Below, piece after piece: positions 1 through 10,518 of a stretch of DNA of 64,000 nt. Both the position numbers and the translations under genes were made by a program. The DNA is from a bacterium (GTDB lineage Bacteria; Zhuqueibacterota; Zhuqueibacteria; Residuimicrobiales; Krinioviventaceae), in NCBI GenBank assembly GCA_963693055.1, contig OY843751.1:5056001-5120000 (forward strand). The letters are read 5' to 3'. Position 1 is the stretch's first letter. Every line of letters starts with the position of its first letter. The notes beneath the pieces are model-generated. The model did no database searches. It was not told where the DNA came from and saw nothing but the letters and a program-made list of their open reading frames with translations.

Positions 1-215
1 TCCGCAAATTTGCGGGATACGCCCACCAGAATACCCGAAACGACAACAAACGCAAGCAGTTGCCATAACGGTCCAAGTCCCAACAGGGATAAAACACCGG
101 CAGCGGCAGAACCTACACCGAACCACAGAATAAAAAATCCGGCTGTAAAAATCTCGCCAACAATAAATACTGCGGCAAGTATAAACCAGATTAACCAGGT
201 TTCTATGCCCAACAT
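1..215 (-). CDS. NfeD/YbbJ-like membrane protein (5' part, runs off window start)
   Basis: Manual translation from ATG at 215: MLGIETWLIWFILAAVFIVGEIFTAGFFILWFGVGSAAAGVLSLLGLGPLWQLLAFVVVS...; W-rich TM, 'E-I-F-T-x-G-F-F', 'WQ' pattern of NfeD C-terminal partner proteins; purine-rich RBS upstream. Not in the ORF track because it is truncated. Confidence 0.75.
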   Translation of the reverse strand, partial: MLGIETWLIWFILAAVFIVGEIFTAGFFILWFGVGSAAAGVLSLLGLGPLWQLLAFVVVSGILVGVSRKFA

Positions 216-243
216 GATAGCCCCTTTCCTTTTTTTCTAATGA

Positions 244-1893
244 TTAATGTGAATACATGAATCGTTTAATTTTTTTCGTTGGTGTTTTTTCAAACTCTTC
301 AGGATACAATTCAATCCTGGCAATACTAATAAAACCGGGAAGCAGCGCATTCAAAGCTTTGCGATTTTCTTCCATAATTTCTGTAATATCGGTTTCACCC
401 ATCTCTTCTGCATCCGTCATTTCAAGATCAGGATATACCAGTGCTACCAGTTTATCATTCTTTTCAATCACCAGAGATTCCTGAACATAAGGCATATTAT
501 TAAGTTTGGCTTCCACCTCTTCAGGATAAATATTTTGGCCAGACGCTCCCAATATCATATTCTTACTGCGGCCTTTGATATAAACAAAACCATCCTTGTC
601 AATCAAGCCCAAATCTCCGGTATGCATCCAACCGTCGGGCTCAATGGTTTCCTTTGTAGCTTTTTCGTTTTTATAATAACCCAGCATTACATTCTCACCC
701 TTGACCAAAATTTCACCGACTTTGGTTTCAGGATCTTCAGAATCGATCTTGATCTCGAGCGTATCTACACGCTGGCCAATGGCGCCAAATCGATTTTTAT
801 CCCAGTTTGAATAGCTGATCAAAGGACCGCATTCGGTCATGCCATAACCCACAGTATAAGGGAATCCCACTTTTCTCAAAAACGCCTCTACTTCTTCATT
901 AAAAGCCGCGCCGCCAATAACAATTTCCAGGAAATTATTGCCAAAGACATCCATCAATTTATTATACACCTTTTTATGAACAATATTCTGTAAAACCGGT
1001 GTTTTTAATAAATATTTTGGCGCGCCTTTGCTGATAGCCGGTTTGATTTGTTTCTTGTAAATCTTTTCAATGATGAGTGGAACAGACAAGATCAGGTTGG
1101 GCTTGACTTCCTGAAAGGCTTTAACAATAATCTTGGGTGACGGAGTTTTGCTCAAAAACGTAATATGGCAGCCAATAGTAAAGGGGAATAAAAATTCAAA
1201 CGCGCAGCCATAAGAGTGTGCCAGGGGCATGAACGACAAAATCCGGTCCCCGCGTTTCAATGAAATATTGTTCCAGGCAAATCTCACATTTGCCATCAGG
1301 CTATTGTGCTGCAGCATAACGCCTTTTGAAAATCCCGTTGTGCCCGAAGTATAAACAATCGCAGCTAATTCAGCATTACTGATCTCCGGAAACTGAATGG
1401 ACTCTTTGCTGAAATTGGAATCACGCTGGGTTCTGGCAGATAATGTTTTTTCCACAATACCGGGGAGATCTTTTTTCTTATGATAGAGCAATTTCATTGT
1501 TTCCAGAGAAAACACCCCTTCTAACTCGGGCATTTCGGATTCATCCAAGGTATCAAAAATAGCCTCAGCAGTAAAAAACAGCACTGAATCCGAATGATTC
1601 ACAATATGTGTCATATCATCAGGACTAAAATCCGGTAATATGGGCACAATCACTGCACCATAGGTAATGCTCGCCAGAAAGGTAACACCCCAATTAACAG
1701 AGTTTTTGCCAACCAGTGCAATCTTGTCGTTTTTTTTAATGCCGCATTCTTTAAACAAATCATGCATCCAACGGATCTCTTTAGCTACATCGCCATAATT
1801 CAAATGGCCGCTTCCATAATTTGAAAAAGCCGGCAGTTCCCAGTTATTTTTCAAACTGTCTTGTAATGTTTTTACAAAATTTTCAGGTAACAT
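244..1893 (-). CDS. Long-chain-fatty-acid--CoA ligase (AMP-binding)
   Basis: YTSGTTGFSKG, GYGMTE and HTGDLG motifs; start placed at MLPEN with GGAG RBS. Confidence 0.9.
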   Translation of the reverse strand: MLPENFVKTLQDSLKNNWELPAFSNYGSGHLNYGDVAKEIRWMHDLFKECGIKKNDKIALVGKNSVNWGVTFLASITYGAVIVPILPDFSPDDMTHIVNHSDSVLFFTAEAIFDTLDESEMPELEGVFSLETMKLLYHKKKDLPGIVEKTLSARTQRDSNFSKESIQFPEISNAELAAIVYTSGTTGFSKGVMLQHNSLMANVRFAWNNISLKRGDRILSFMPLAHSYGCAFEFLFPFTIGCHITFLSKTPSPKIIVKAFQEVKPNLILSVPLIIEKIYKKQIKPAISKGAPKYLLKTPVLQNIVHKKVYNKLMDVFGNNFLEIVIGGAAFNEEVEAFLRKVGFPYTVGYGMTECGPLISYSNWDKNRFGAIGQRVDTLEIKIDSEDPETKVGEILVKGENVMLGYYKNEKATKETIEPDGWMHTGDLGLIDKDGFVYIKGRSKNMILGASGQNIYPEEVEAKLNNMPYVQESLVIEKNDKLVALVYPDLEMTDAEEMGETDITEIMEENRKALNALLPGFISIARIELYPEEFEKTPTKKIKRFMYSH

Positions 1894-1909
1894 GTATACT
1901 CCCAAAATG

Positions 1910-4900
1910 TTATATATGAATTTCTATATATTTTCCAGTAACTTTGTATTTTTTATTTTCAACAACCGGCAGTTTATGAACAGCCTGAATATAATCATCC
2001 AACTGTTCTGCCTGGTATTGCTCACCCGTCTTGTAATCAATAATCTCAACATGCCCTTCTTTTAAATCAATCATCATTCGGTCTAACCGCAGCTCCTTGC
2101 CGGATTGCGTATAAAGCGTATACTCGGTGAAAACCCGGTCCCACACAGAAGCATCAAACAGCCCGGGATGTTGAGAGACAACATTGCGAGCATTCTGCAT
2201 GAGCGATTCCAACTGTTCTATGGGTAGCAAATTTCCAAAATACCCCAAGGTCTGTTTTCGTGCAAACTCGAACTCCTCATTCGCACCATAATGGACATAT
2301 GACAGATAATAATGAATGATGTTCCCCTTGTCAATATCGCGATTTTTCAGGTAAACACTTTTCAGATCAATGTGTTCCATACGCTGTAAATGCAGGGCAT
2401 CCGGTTGTTTCAATGGACGTCTGCTATAACTCAAATAATCCGTCAGCCAGGCATAATCAACTGCTTCCTTTTCATCTTTTACGTGCTGAACAGTCTTGAA
2501 CGAGCCAGAGGTCCAAACCGATTTATTGGCAGTATTATCTTTACCTGCCTCAAACCGCTGTACCCGGTTCAAAACCGATAAAAACAACAAACGATCAGAG
2601 CGGATCTTTGTACGCTCATCGGGCAGACAATCTTTAATAAATTCGGATATACCGCCTTTTTTCCCCAGTACAAATTGAATGTATAGATTGGTTTTTGCGC
2701 GGGTTAACGCCACATAAATATTGTTCAACTCTTCTATAATATCGCGTTTATCTTTTTGCTCAATCAACGGAGCATATTCTGTTAATTCAAGAATATGATC
2801 ATAATTCAATGTATATATGTAATGTAATAGATGACTGAAATCCTGTTCATAACTCAGATAATACGAAATCTCTCCACCAAAATTCCCACCAAAAGGTGAC
2901 AAATTCCAATAGAGAAACACATTATCATATTCCAGTCCTTTTGATTTATGGATTGTTAACAAGGTAATGGCATTGTATTCTTTAAGTCCAATCTGCTGAA
3001 ACCGTTCATTCTGTTCATTTTCCTGACAGTACTCCAAAAAGCCTTTTAATGAATAGTTGGCATCCGTCTGGGTGAATGCAGCAAGAATTTCCAGGAACCG
3101 GTTTAAATTGACCAGATCATTTTCCTGTTTAAAAATACCGGTAACGTTCCACTTTTCAATGACTTTTTGTGTAAACAATAGCAAATTGGGGTGCGCCGCG
3201 AACACCAGTTCTTTGGCAAGCCGATAGATCTCATCCACTTTTTTCAACGCGCTGATACTGTCCAGGCTGCTGAAAAGATCACTGAGCGAATAGCCATCCT
3301 TTGCATGGTCCCGAATGTACAACATGATTTGTTTCAATGTCTCCGGAGACATTAAAACCAAATCAGAGCGCAAAAACCGCAGCAGATCATAAACATCCTG
3401 ATAGACCAGAAAACGGAAAAGCATCATCAAAGGAACAACTGTCCTATGTTGCAAGATGGACCCCGAAGATTCGAGGATGTAATCAATATCCAGTTCATCC
3501 AAAACCGCGGCAATATGTTTCAGGTCACTATTTTTACGGGCCAGCACAGCGGTTTTCTTGACATCCAGTTGACCAGCCTGCAGCAGTGGTGCCAGGGTCT
3601 GAATCACAAACTCTCGCAGGGCGTCTTCTACCGTAGAGATATCATTATTATCATCCTTGTAATTGGCATAATTTCGCGCCTGAACCTGGATGAATCCATC
3701 ATCCGAGGTCTTATGTACTTGAACCGGATCATAAGGCCAGTGGATATCCAGACTGGTATGCATATCGGTATCCATAAAAACATCATTAATAAAATCCATG
3801 ATCCGGCGATAACTGCGGTACGATGTATTGAGGCTGAATTGATTGCATTCGTTCAAAACAGAGGGCATGGCTAAAAGCAAGTCACGTTCACCACCGCGCC
3901 AGCCATAAATGGATTGTTTCTCATCACCCACAATGATCACACCGCCATATTCTTTGGCGCCCATACCACTGGTAATCTCGTTGATAATTGGCAGCAGTAT
4001 CTTGTATTGGATCATGCTGGTGTCCTGGAACTCGTCAATAAGGATAAAACGGATCTGCGCGGTCAGGTATTCATAAAAGGCATTGGTTACCGAAAAATCA
4101 TCGATCAGAGAAAGATCAGGATCATAGAGATATTTGAACGTATAATACGATACATCACTATGGGTAAACCGTTTATCTCTGAATTTAATCTCGTCATATT
4201 TTTCAAAAACCCGGTTTGCAATCAACCGAATCTCGTCCTGTTCTGCAAACAATTCTTTTTCCAGAATAAACGTAGCCAGATCTTTACGGCATTTTTCAAA
4301 ATCAGCAATTAATGCTTCCTTGATATCCGCATAAGCTTTACCGCGAAAAACTTTGGATCCGTCCCAAAAATATTCCATCCCCAACAGCTTTTTATGATGT
4401 TCTGAAACGACTTCCTGATCAAGATTATCCATAATGCTTGCGGCAAAAACCTGACTGTCCAAATCAGCAGGACTCAGAAACATCTTGATAAAATCCATTT
4501 TAAAATATTGAGAATTGGTCATATTCGGATATGATGAACAGACCTCCGCCTCTAATCGTCTCAATAACGCGGAAAAGGATTTGAAAAATCGCTCATATGC
4601 CTCGTCAATTTGCTGTTCCCGGTTTTTTTGATCAACCTGCGGTTGATCTTCAGCATCCATAAAGTCAAAGATCCAGCGGTTTCGCAGCAACGATTCTATA
4701 AATTTCTGATAATCGGTTATGGTCTTTTTATTTGCACGAAAGAAAAAGTCGTGCATTAATTGTTGTGCCTGCGGATCCCGCTCCTGCATGAGAGAACTGA
4801 ACACTTCTGCAAACACATCATCATGAATGGTATTTTCTATTTCATAATTGGCAATACCAAGATAAGGTGCGATAATGGTTTTAAATATCTCGTTGGTAAA

Positions 4901-5251
4901 AGCGTCAATGGTGCTGATACGTACCTTGTTTTTGTTAACCAGCATATCTTCATAGATTCGTTTTAAAACGGAACGGTCCTTGTCTGATATTTGCAGTCCC
5001 AAAATACTCTGCAAATTCAACAACAATTCCTTACCGTCATCGTCCATCCGGATGATATGGTGCAGATGCTCAAAAATCCTCTCACGAATCTCTGATGTGG
5101 CCTTTTTGGTAAAGGTAATTACCAGCATCTCGCTGTAATGGATGCCCTGTTTATAGTATTTCAACAGCAGTCCAATATATTCCAGAGACAACCGATAGGT
5201 CTTGCCGGTACCCGCGCTGGCGCTGATAATCTTGTTCTCGAGACCGTTCAT
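1910..5251 (-). CDS. addA: AddA/RecB-like UvrD helicase with C-terminal PD-(D/E)XK nuclease
   Basis: ASAGTGKT Walker A, LIDEFQDTS, VGDEKQSIYGWRG, TIHKSKGLEY, YVALTRAK; nuclease RLD...IIDYKTG...Q...Y. Confidence 0.85.
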   Translation of the reverse strand: MNGLENKIISASAGTGKTYRLSLEYIGLLLKYYKQGIHYSEMLVITFTKKATSEIRERIFEHLHHIIRMDDDGKELLLNLQSILGLQISDKDRSVLKRIYEDMLVNKNKVRISTIDAFTNEIFKTIIAPYLGIANYEIENTIHDDVFAEVFSSLMQERDPQAQQLMHDFFFRANKKTITDYQKFIESLLRNRWIFDFMDAEDQPQVDQKNREQQIDEAYERFFKSFSALLRRLEAEVCSSYPNMTNSQYFKMDFIKMFLSPADLDSQVFAASIMDNLDQEVVSEHHKKLLGMEYFWDGSKVFRGKAYADIKEALIADFEKCRKDLATFILEKELFAEQDEIRLIANRVFEKYDEIKFRDKRFTHSDVSYYTFKYLYDPDLSLIDDFSVTNAFYEYLTAQIRFILIDEFQDTSMIQYKILLPIINEITSGMGAKEYGGVIIVGDEKQSIYGWRGGERDLLLAMPSVLNECNQFSLNTSYRSYRRIMDFINDVFMDTDMHTSLDIHWPYDPVQVHKTSDDGFIQVQARNYANYKDDNNDISTVEDALREFVIQTLAPLLQAGQLDVKKTAVLARKNSDLKHIAAVLDELDIDYILESSGSILQHRTVVPLMMLFRFLVYQDVYDLLRFLRSDLVLMSPETLKQIMLYIRDHAKDGYSLSDLFSSLDSISALKKVDEIYRLAKELVFAAHPNLLLFTQKVIEKWNVTGIFKQENDLVNLNRFLEILAAFTQTDANYSLKGFLEYCQENEQNERFQQIGLKEYNAITLLTIHKSKGLEYDNVFLYWNLSPFGGNFGGEISYYLSYEQDFSHLLHYIYTLNYDHILELTEYAPLIEQKDKRDIIEELNNIYVALTRAKTNLYIQFVLGKKGGISEFIKDCLPDERTKIRSDRLLFLSVLNRVQRFEAGKDNTANKSVWTSGSFKTVQHVKDEKEAVDYAWLTDYLSYSRRPLKQPDALHLQRMEHIDLKSVYLKNRDIDKGNIIHYYLSYVHYGANEEFEFARKQTLGYFGNLLPIEQLESLMQNARNVVSQHPGLFDASVWDRVFTEYTLYTQSGKELRLDRMMIDLKEGHVEIIDYKTGEQYQAEQLDDYIQAVHKLPVVENKKYKVTGKYIEIHI

Positions 5252-8121
5252 TATTCAGTATCCCCCGAGGTAAAATTCTGCGCAAGATACAGATCTTTGC
5301 GTGTAATATCCGGCATGTATTGCAGTTTACTTTTTTGCTCTGCTAACGAGAATCCCTGTACATTGAGTTTGCTGGCAATTTCGATCAAACTCTCGCTAAA
5401 CGCATCGAAAAGGTCCTGCTTTGTTTTCTGTTTTGATCTGGCGGTAATATATTCCAGCAGTTCTTTTTTTTCTTTTTTCAAAACCTGGTAAAACCATGAA
5501 GAAACAGCATCCTGTTTTTCCGGTTCTTCAAGCAAATGATAAAAGAGTTCATAAATAATCAGTTGTTCTTTTTCAAACTGCCCTGTCTTGAAATCAAAAA
5601 TATAATTCACCTCGTCTTCAGGATCAAAAATGCGCAAATCCGCACGTCCCCTGAACTGAAAGTCCAATTCTAAAATATTCTGCTTTGCCGTCAAAAATGT
5701 TTTATATCGTCTTTCCGCGGCGGTGCCTTCTTCCTCTTCGGGCATAATAATCAGCGACTTGCCAAACAATCCCTGCTCGGTCAGCAGATCAAAAAAGCCA
5801 AAAAGCCCATCTGCCAGGTTGGGTGCGGTAATATATTCAAAATAAGAAAAGGTGTAATCATGCAAGATGCTGTAATAATACTTTGACCAGCGTACCACAT
5901 TTTGGATTGCCCGCATCACCAGATCGCGTTCGATGGGTGCGTCAAAGGCAAATACATCCTCACTTTGCGGATGCAGTAGCCGCCAGCATTCCGTGGCTAC
6001 ATCGTGGGCAATGTTGCCGATTAACCGGGCAGAAAAGTCTCGTTCTACAGCTTTGGGCTTTTCGTCAATACGACAAAAACTGCGCACATAATAGAGGAAT
6101 GGATTCGTTTTCAGATCACGAAATGAAGTATAAGAAAGTCGAATCCGACTGTCAGGATAATCTATTTTTACATCTAGAGGTATACGGTAAAATTCCGGTG
6201 AGTAAATCTTTTTCCTGTCCACATCATAATCCGCACAATCCAGTATGGTATCATATACAGGTTTATAGTTATAACCGGCATCTTTACTATATTGCAAAAC
6301 AGCATCATCAAAATTCAACATCAGTTCTTCTACAAACGAACTGACCTGCACATTATTTTCTATATTTTTCTGAGTATAAAGATATACATTTTTACTGGCC
6401 AGCACCATACGATAAAAATAATACTGTTCTCTCAAACGGACGTCATCATAAATTTTCAGTCCCATATGCTTGCGCTGCTGATCCGTAAAAAGAAATGGAG
6501 ACAACCGCTGTGAAGGGATTTTCCCCTCCATTACATTCAACACCGCTACCGATTCATAAGCAATATTACGGGTATCATTCAGATTGGTTATCTCTACTCT
6601 TGTCCCACCGGGTTCTGTATTCCATTGCCAGGTTTTGGCTTTCATATAGTCTAGAATGATCCTGAGCAGACCCGCCCCGGTTTTATATGTCATGAGATTC
6701 GGATTCTGGACATTCAAATAGGTGTCCCAATCGGTCACAATACCAATAGATTCTATGGATTCCAAATCTGCAAGTAATCGATAAAATACATCCAGTATTG
6801 TTGAATGCTCTTTTTCATGCTGACTTACAATCTGCTTTATCCGAATACCGACTTCGCTGTCTATAAAATCTATCCACTCGGTAAGAGATTTCAATCGTGC
6901 CATTTTTTCAAGCAATACTACAAGAGCATTGCTTAATACAAGTACCTGATCATCCTTAACAAAAGCATTCAGCTCAGTATCCATATCCAGATATTTGTAT
7001 TCCCGGTCAAGCAGGCCGTACAATACATTTAGTATATGTTCACGACTGCTGTCATCGGACGATGGCGTAAAGTAATCTACAAATCCGGGCACCAATACAG
7101 CAGATAATATAGAATCTACAGGCAGTAAATATTTTTTCTGTTTCTCTTCATAGATAATGGAATTGAGGGCCGTATACAAGGCTGTAAAAAAGCGGTATAT
7201 TGAAGACTGGGTGAACGAGACCGATTCGCCCAGGTTAAATTTTTCCGGTGATACCATCGCGGAATAGGGATTTCGATTAAAAGCCGGATCTATGATTTGT
7301 TTTATCTTTTGGGAATCCACCGTACGAGACATTGAGAGTATCATTGAAAAGTCATTGGGGCATTCGGTGATTTTTATATTTTCAACGGCAAATACTTCTG
7401 TCAGATCATGTAAACCAAATGGCTGAATATTTAACGATTCCTGATCCAACAGCTTTTCAGGCAATTGATAATACAGTACAACCTGCTTGTCCAATAACTC
7501 CAACTGCCTGATAATATTTTTTTCCAAATTTGTATAATAAAACTGATTGGCAAAAACAAAACGGTCGTATTTTTCTAAAAAACCGGAATCAGGGTTATCG
7601 GTATTGCGCACAAAAATCAGATCATCAAAGCCCTTTTCAGAGATGAATGCTTTGTAACGGGCTTTGATTTCTAATAATCGGTTAAAATTCTCAATTTGCC
7701 AATCCAGAATATCAACCAAATTTTCTTCAATCAATGTATCCAGAATTTGGTCAGGCACGCACTCTTCATTAAATTCTTCCCATAGTGTAAAAAACTGGTG
7801 CGCCAGCTCTATAGCCTGAAAATAAGAATGGACTCTAAAAACTTTTTTGTCTTCGGTAGTGAGCACCGCATAAAACGCAAGTGTTCGTTTTTCTTCCCGC
7901 AGCAAACTTTTTTGGGTCAGATAGAGTAAGCCTTTAAATTCTTCAATGGTAAGAAACCGGGTATCGCTAAAATCCCATTGCTGTTGAAAAATCCTGAGTG
8001 CCTTTTTCTTGCTGTTTTCATTTGGAAAAACAAAAACAGTACCCTCAAAAGGTTCTTTTTCCAACAGATGAGAAATCACATCCGTAGAAAAACCACAAAA
8101 CTCGAATTCTTTTATAGACAT
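5251..8121 (-). CDS. addB: AddB/RexB-like subunit with PD-(D/E)XK nuclease
   Basis: N-terminal VFVFPN, inactive helicase-like body, C-terminal GRADLR...IFDFKTG...QL..Y; stop overlaps the addA start (TAATG coupling). Confidence 0.75.
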   Translation of the reverse strand: MSIKEFEFCGFSTDVISHLLEKEPFEGTVFVFPNENSKKKALRIFQQQWDFSDTRFLTIEEFKGLLYLTQKSLLREEKRTLAFYAVLTTEDKKVFRVHSYFQAIELAHQFFTLWEEFNEECVPDQILDTLIEENLVDILDWQIENFNRLLEIKARYKAFISEKGFDDLIFVRNTDNPDSGFLEKYDRFVFANQFYYTNLEKNIIRQLELLDKQVVLYYQLPEKLLDQESLNIQPFGLHDLTEVFAVENIKITECPNDFSMILSMSRTVDSQKIKQIIDPAFNRNPYSAMVSPEKFNLGESVSFTQSSIYRFFTALYTALNSIIYEEKQKKYLLPVDSILSAVLVPGFVDYFTPSSDDSSREHILNVLYGLLDREYKYLDMDTELNAFVKDDQVLVLSNALVVLLEKMARLKSLTEWIDFIDSEVGIRIKQIVSQHEKEHSTILDVFYRLLADLESIESIGIVTDWDTYLNVQNPNLMTYKTGAGLLRIILDYMKAKTWQWNTEPGGTRVEITNLNDTRNIAYESVAVLNVMEGKIPSQRLSPFLFTDQQRKHMGLKIYDDVRLREQYYFYRMVLASKNVYLYTQKNIENNVQVSSFVEELMLNFDDAVLQYSKDAGYNYKPVYDTILDCADYDVDRKKIYSPEFYRIPLDVKIDYPDSRIRLSYTSFRDLKTNPFLYYVRSFCRIDEKPKAVERDFSARLIGNIAHDVATECWRLLHPQSEDVFAFDAPIERDLVMRAIQNVVRWSKYYYSILHDYTFSYFEYITAPNLADGLFGFFDLLTEQGLFGKSLIIMPEEEEGTAAERRYKTFLTAKQNILELDFQFRGRADLRIFDPEDEVNYIFDFKTGQFEKEQLIIYELFYHLLEEPEKQDAVSSWFYQVLKKEKKELLEYITARSKQKTKQDLFDAFSESLIEIASKLNVQGFSLAEQKSKLQYMPDITRKDLYLAQNFTSGDTE

Positions 8122-8213
8122 GGAATAATCCGGATTAGAGAATAAACGTCATAAAATATAAAACAATTCCGCATCAAAACAAAAGATTTATCATCATAAA
8201 ATACAACCAACAA

Positions 8214-9404
8214 TCAATCCATCATTTTTTTCATCACATCACCCAGTTTACTGATACCTGCTTCGATCTGTTCAGGATTTGCGTTAGAATAATTCAGCCG
8301 AAAACTGTTTTTCCCACCACCATCCACATAAAACGGATCGCCCGGAACAAAAGCGACCTTTTGTTCTATGGCAAGATCAAACAATTCCATTGATGATATA
8401 TGCTCAGGCATGGTCACCCAGATAAACATGCCTCCCTCGGGACGGGTGAATTGGATATTTTCAGGAAAGTATTTTTCAATCATGTTGACCATTGCATCCC
8501 GCTGTACGCGATAGGCCTCTTTAATATTCGCCATATGTGTATCAATATTACCCCGGGTATAGAAATGATGCACAATTCGTTGTCCAAAATAATTCGTATG
8601 TAAATCGCTGCCTTGCTTGGCTACAATCAGCTTTTCCATAATCGGCAGATCAGCACATACCCAGCCCAGTCGGAACGAAGGCACAACCGTCTTTGAAAAA
8701 GAACCCAGCAGAATAGATTGGTTCCCCACCTGTGTTTTTATGGGAGGAATATCTTCTCCCATAAATCGCAATGCCCCGTACGGATTATCTTCGACTAGCA
8801 GGGTTTGCGTGTTATTTAATATCTCCGCGACCTCGCCTCTCACCTTTGCAGAATAGGTGACTCCTGAAGGATTCTGAAAATTGGGAACGCTGTAATACAA
8901 CTTGACCGGTTTATCAAATGCCTGTTTGAAAGCTTCCAGGGCCGGACCATTGTCTGTTAACGGGACCGTAACAAACTCGGGTTGATAAAGAGACAAGGCC
9001 TGTATAGCGCCCAAATAACCGGGACTTTCAATCAGTACACGGTCTCCGGGTTCAATAAGAATTTTTGCCAAAAGGTCCAGACCTTGCTGTGAACCATTGG
9101 TAACAAGAATATTATCCGCACTAACATCCAGGTTGTATTGATCACGGTACTGCTGCGCAATCATCTCACGCAAAGGAGCATAACCTTCGGTTGTACTGTA
9201 TTGTAAAACAGAACGGCCTTCTTCTTCAAGCAGATCATTGCAAGCCTTTTGAATATCGGCAACAGGAAACAACTCGGGATTCGGTAAACCACCGGCAAAA
9301 GAAATGATCTCAGAATCAGCAGCAACCTTCAAGATCTCTCGAATAAAAGATTTTTGAACACGCATTACGCGATCAGCAAACAACCCGTTAAAATCGGTCA
9401 ACAT
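8214..9404 (-). CDS. PLP-dependent class I/II aminotransferase (2-aminoadipate transaminase LysN-like)
   Basis: ISFAGGLPNP, FQNPSG, EDNPY, GSFSKTVVPSFRLGW, FRLNYS. Confidence 0.85.
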   Translation of the reverse strand: MLTDFNGLFADRVMRVQKSFIREILKVAADSEIISFAGGLPNPELFPVADIQKACNDLLEEEGRSVLQYSTTEGYAPLREMIAQQYRDQYNLDVSADNILVTNGSQQGLDLLAKILIEPGDRVLIESPGYLGAIQALSLYQPEFVTVPLTDNGPALEAFKQAFDKPVKLYYSVPNFQNPSGVTYSAKVRGEVAEILNNTQTLLVEDNPYGALRFMGEDIPPIKTQVGNQSILLGSFSKTVVPSFRLGWVCADLPIMEKLIVAKQGSDLHTNYFGQRIVHHFYTRGNIDTHMANIKEAYRVQRDAMVNMIEKYFPENIQFTRPEGGMFIWVTMPEHISSMELFDLAIEQKVAFVPGDPFYVDGGGKNSFRLNYSNANPEQIEAGISKLGDVMKKMMD

Positions 9405-9415
9405 AAATTCCCTCT

Positions 9416-10408
9416 TTAAAAACCCAATACAAATTCAATCTTGTTGATCTCATCTTCAGATAATTCAGAATTTTTAAGCATTTCCAGGTTATCATCCAAC
9501 TGTTCAACACTGCTTGCTCCAATCAGTACAGACGTAACCCGTTTATCACGCAGCACCCATGCCAATGCCATTTGGGCAAGACTTTGGCCGCGCCCCTGTG
9601 CCATCTCATTCAGTGCGGTGATTTGTCTTTTCACACTCTCATCCAAAGCACTCTCACTTAAAAACCCATGCGGCTTGGCAATTCTGGAATCAGAAGGCAC
9701 ACCGTCAAGATAGCGGTTAGTCAATATTCCCTGTGCAAGCGGAGAATAGGCAATACACCCCACACTATTTTGTTCAAGTGTGTCCAGCAAATCCTCTTCG
9801 CACCAGCGTTCATACATGGAATAGCGCACCTGATGGATCAAACAATGCCGGCCCAACTCGTCCAGTATTTTCAAAGCATTTGCTGTCTGGTCCGGACGAT
9901 AATTGGAAATCCCTACATACAAAGCCTTACCCTGACGTACAATCAGGTCCAAAGCTTCCATGGTTTCTTCAAGCGGGGTTTCCGGATCAAACCGATGTGA
10001 ATAGAATATATCTACGTAATCCAGTCCCATACGTTTCAAACTTTGATCAAGACTGGCTACCAGGTATTTTTTAGAACCAAAGTCTCCATAAGGTCCGTCC
10101 CACATGGTATAACCTGCTTTGGTGGAAATAATCATCTCGTCACGATAGGGAGCAAAATCTGTTTTCAGCATCTTGCCAAACATTTCTTCTGCTGATCCTG
10201 GAGGAGGGCCATAATTATTGGCCAAATCAAAATGGGTAATACCGGCGTCAAAGGCGCGTCTGAGCATGGCCCGGCCATTTTCATATACATCAACTCCACC
10301 AAAATTGTGCCATAACCCCAATGAAATTGCAGGCAAATCGAGTCCACTAGCCCCACAGCGATTATATGTCATATCTGAATATCGGGTATTAGAAGCCTGA
10401 TAAACCAT
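9416..10408 (-). CDS. mgrA: L-glyceraldehyde-3-phosphate reductase (aldo/keto reductase)
   Basis: LPAISLGLWHNFG, FDLANNYGPPPGSAEE, STKAGY, YSHRFDPETPLEET: signature of the YghZ/Gpr/MgrA family. Confidence 0.9.
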   Translation of the reverse strand: MVYQASNTRYSDMTYNRCGASGLDLPAISLGLWHNFGGVDVYENGRAMLRRAFDAGITHFDLANNYGPPPGSAEEMFGKMLKTDFAPYRDEMIISTKAGYTMWDGPYGDFGSKKYLVASLDQSLKRMGLDYVDIFYSHRFDPETPLEETMEALDLIVRQGKALYVGISNYRPDQTANALKILDELGRHCLIHQVRYSMYERWCEEDLLDTLEQNSVGCIAYSPLAQGILTNRYLDGVPSDSRIAKPHGFLSESALDESVKRQITALNEMAQGRGQSLAQMALAWVLRDKRVTSVLIGASSVEQLDDNLEMLKNSELSEDEINKIEFVLGF

Positions 10409-10518
10409 AATAGATCCTTTCTTTTTTATATGATTGAAAAATACGGTTTTGTTCTCTATTAATCAACTGATATTGTAAGAAAGGACCGGCAAATCAAACC
10501 AGCATCACTAAATTTTTT

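Noticed and set aside
10-240. 76-aa plus-strand ORF
   Set aside because: Antisense shadow of the NfeD-like gene on the minus strand.
1910-8121. Anti-phage helicase-nuclease defence system
   Set aside because: Motifs, sizes, gene order and housekeeping context fit AddAB recombination repair.
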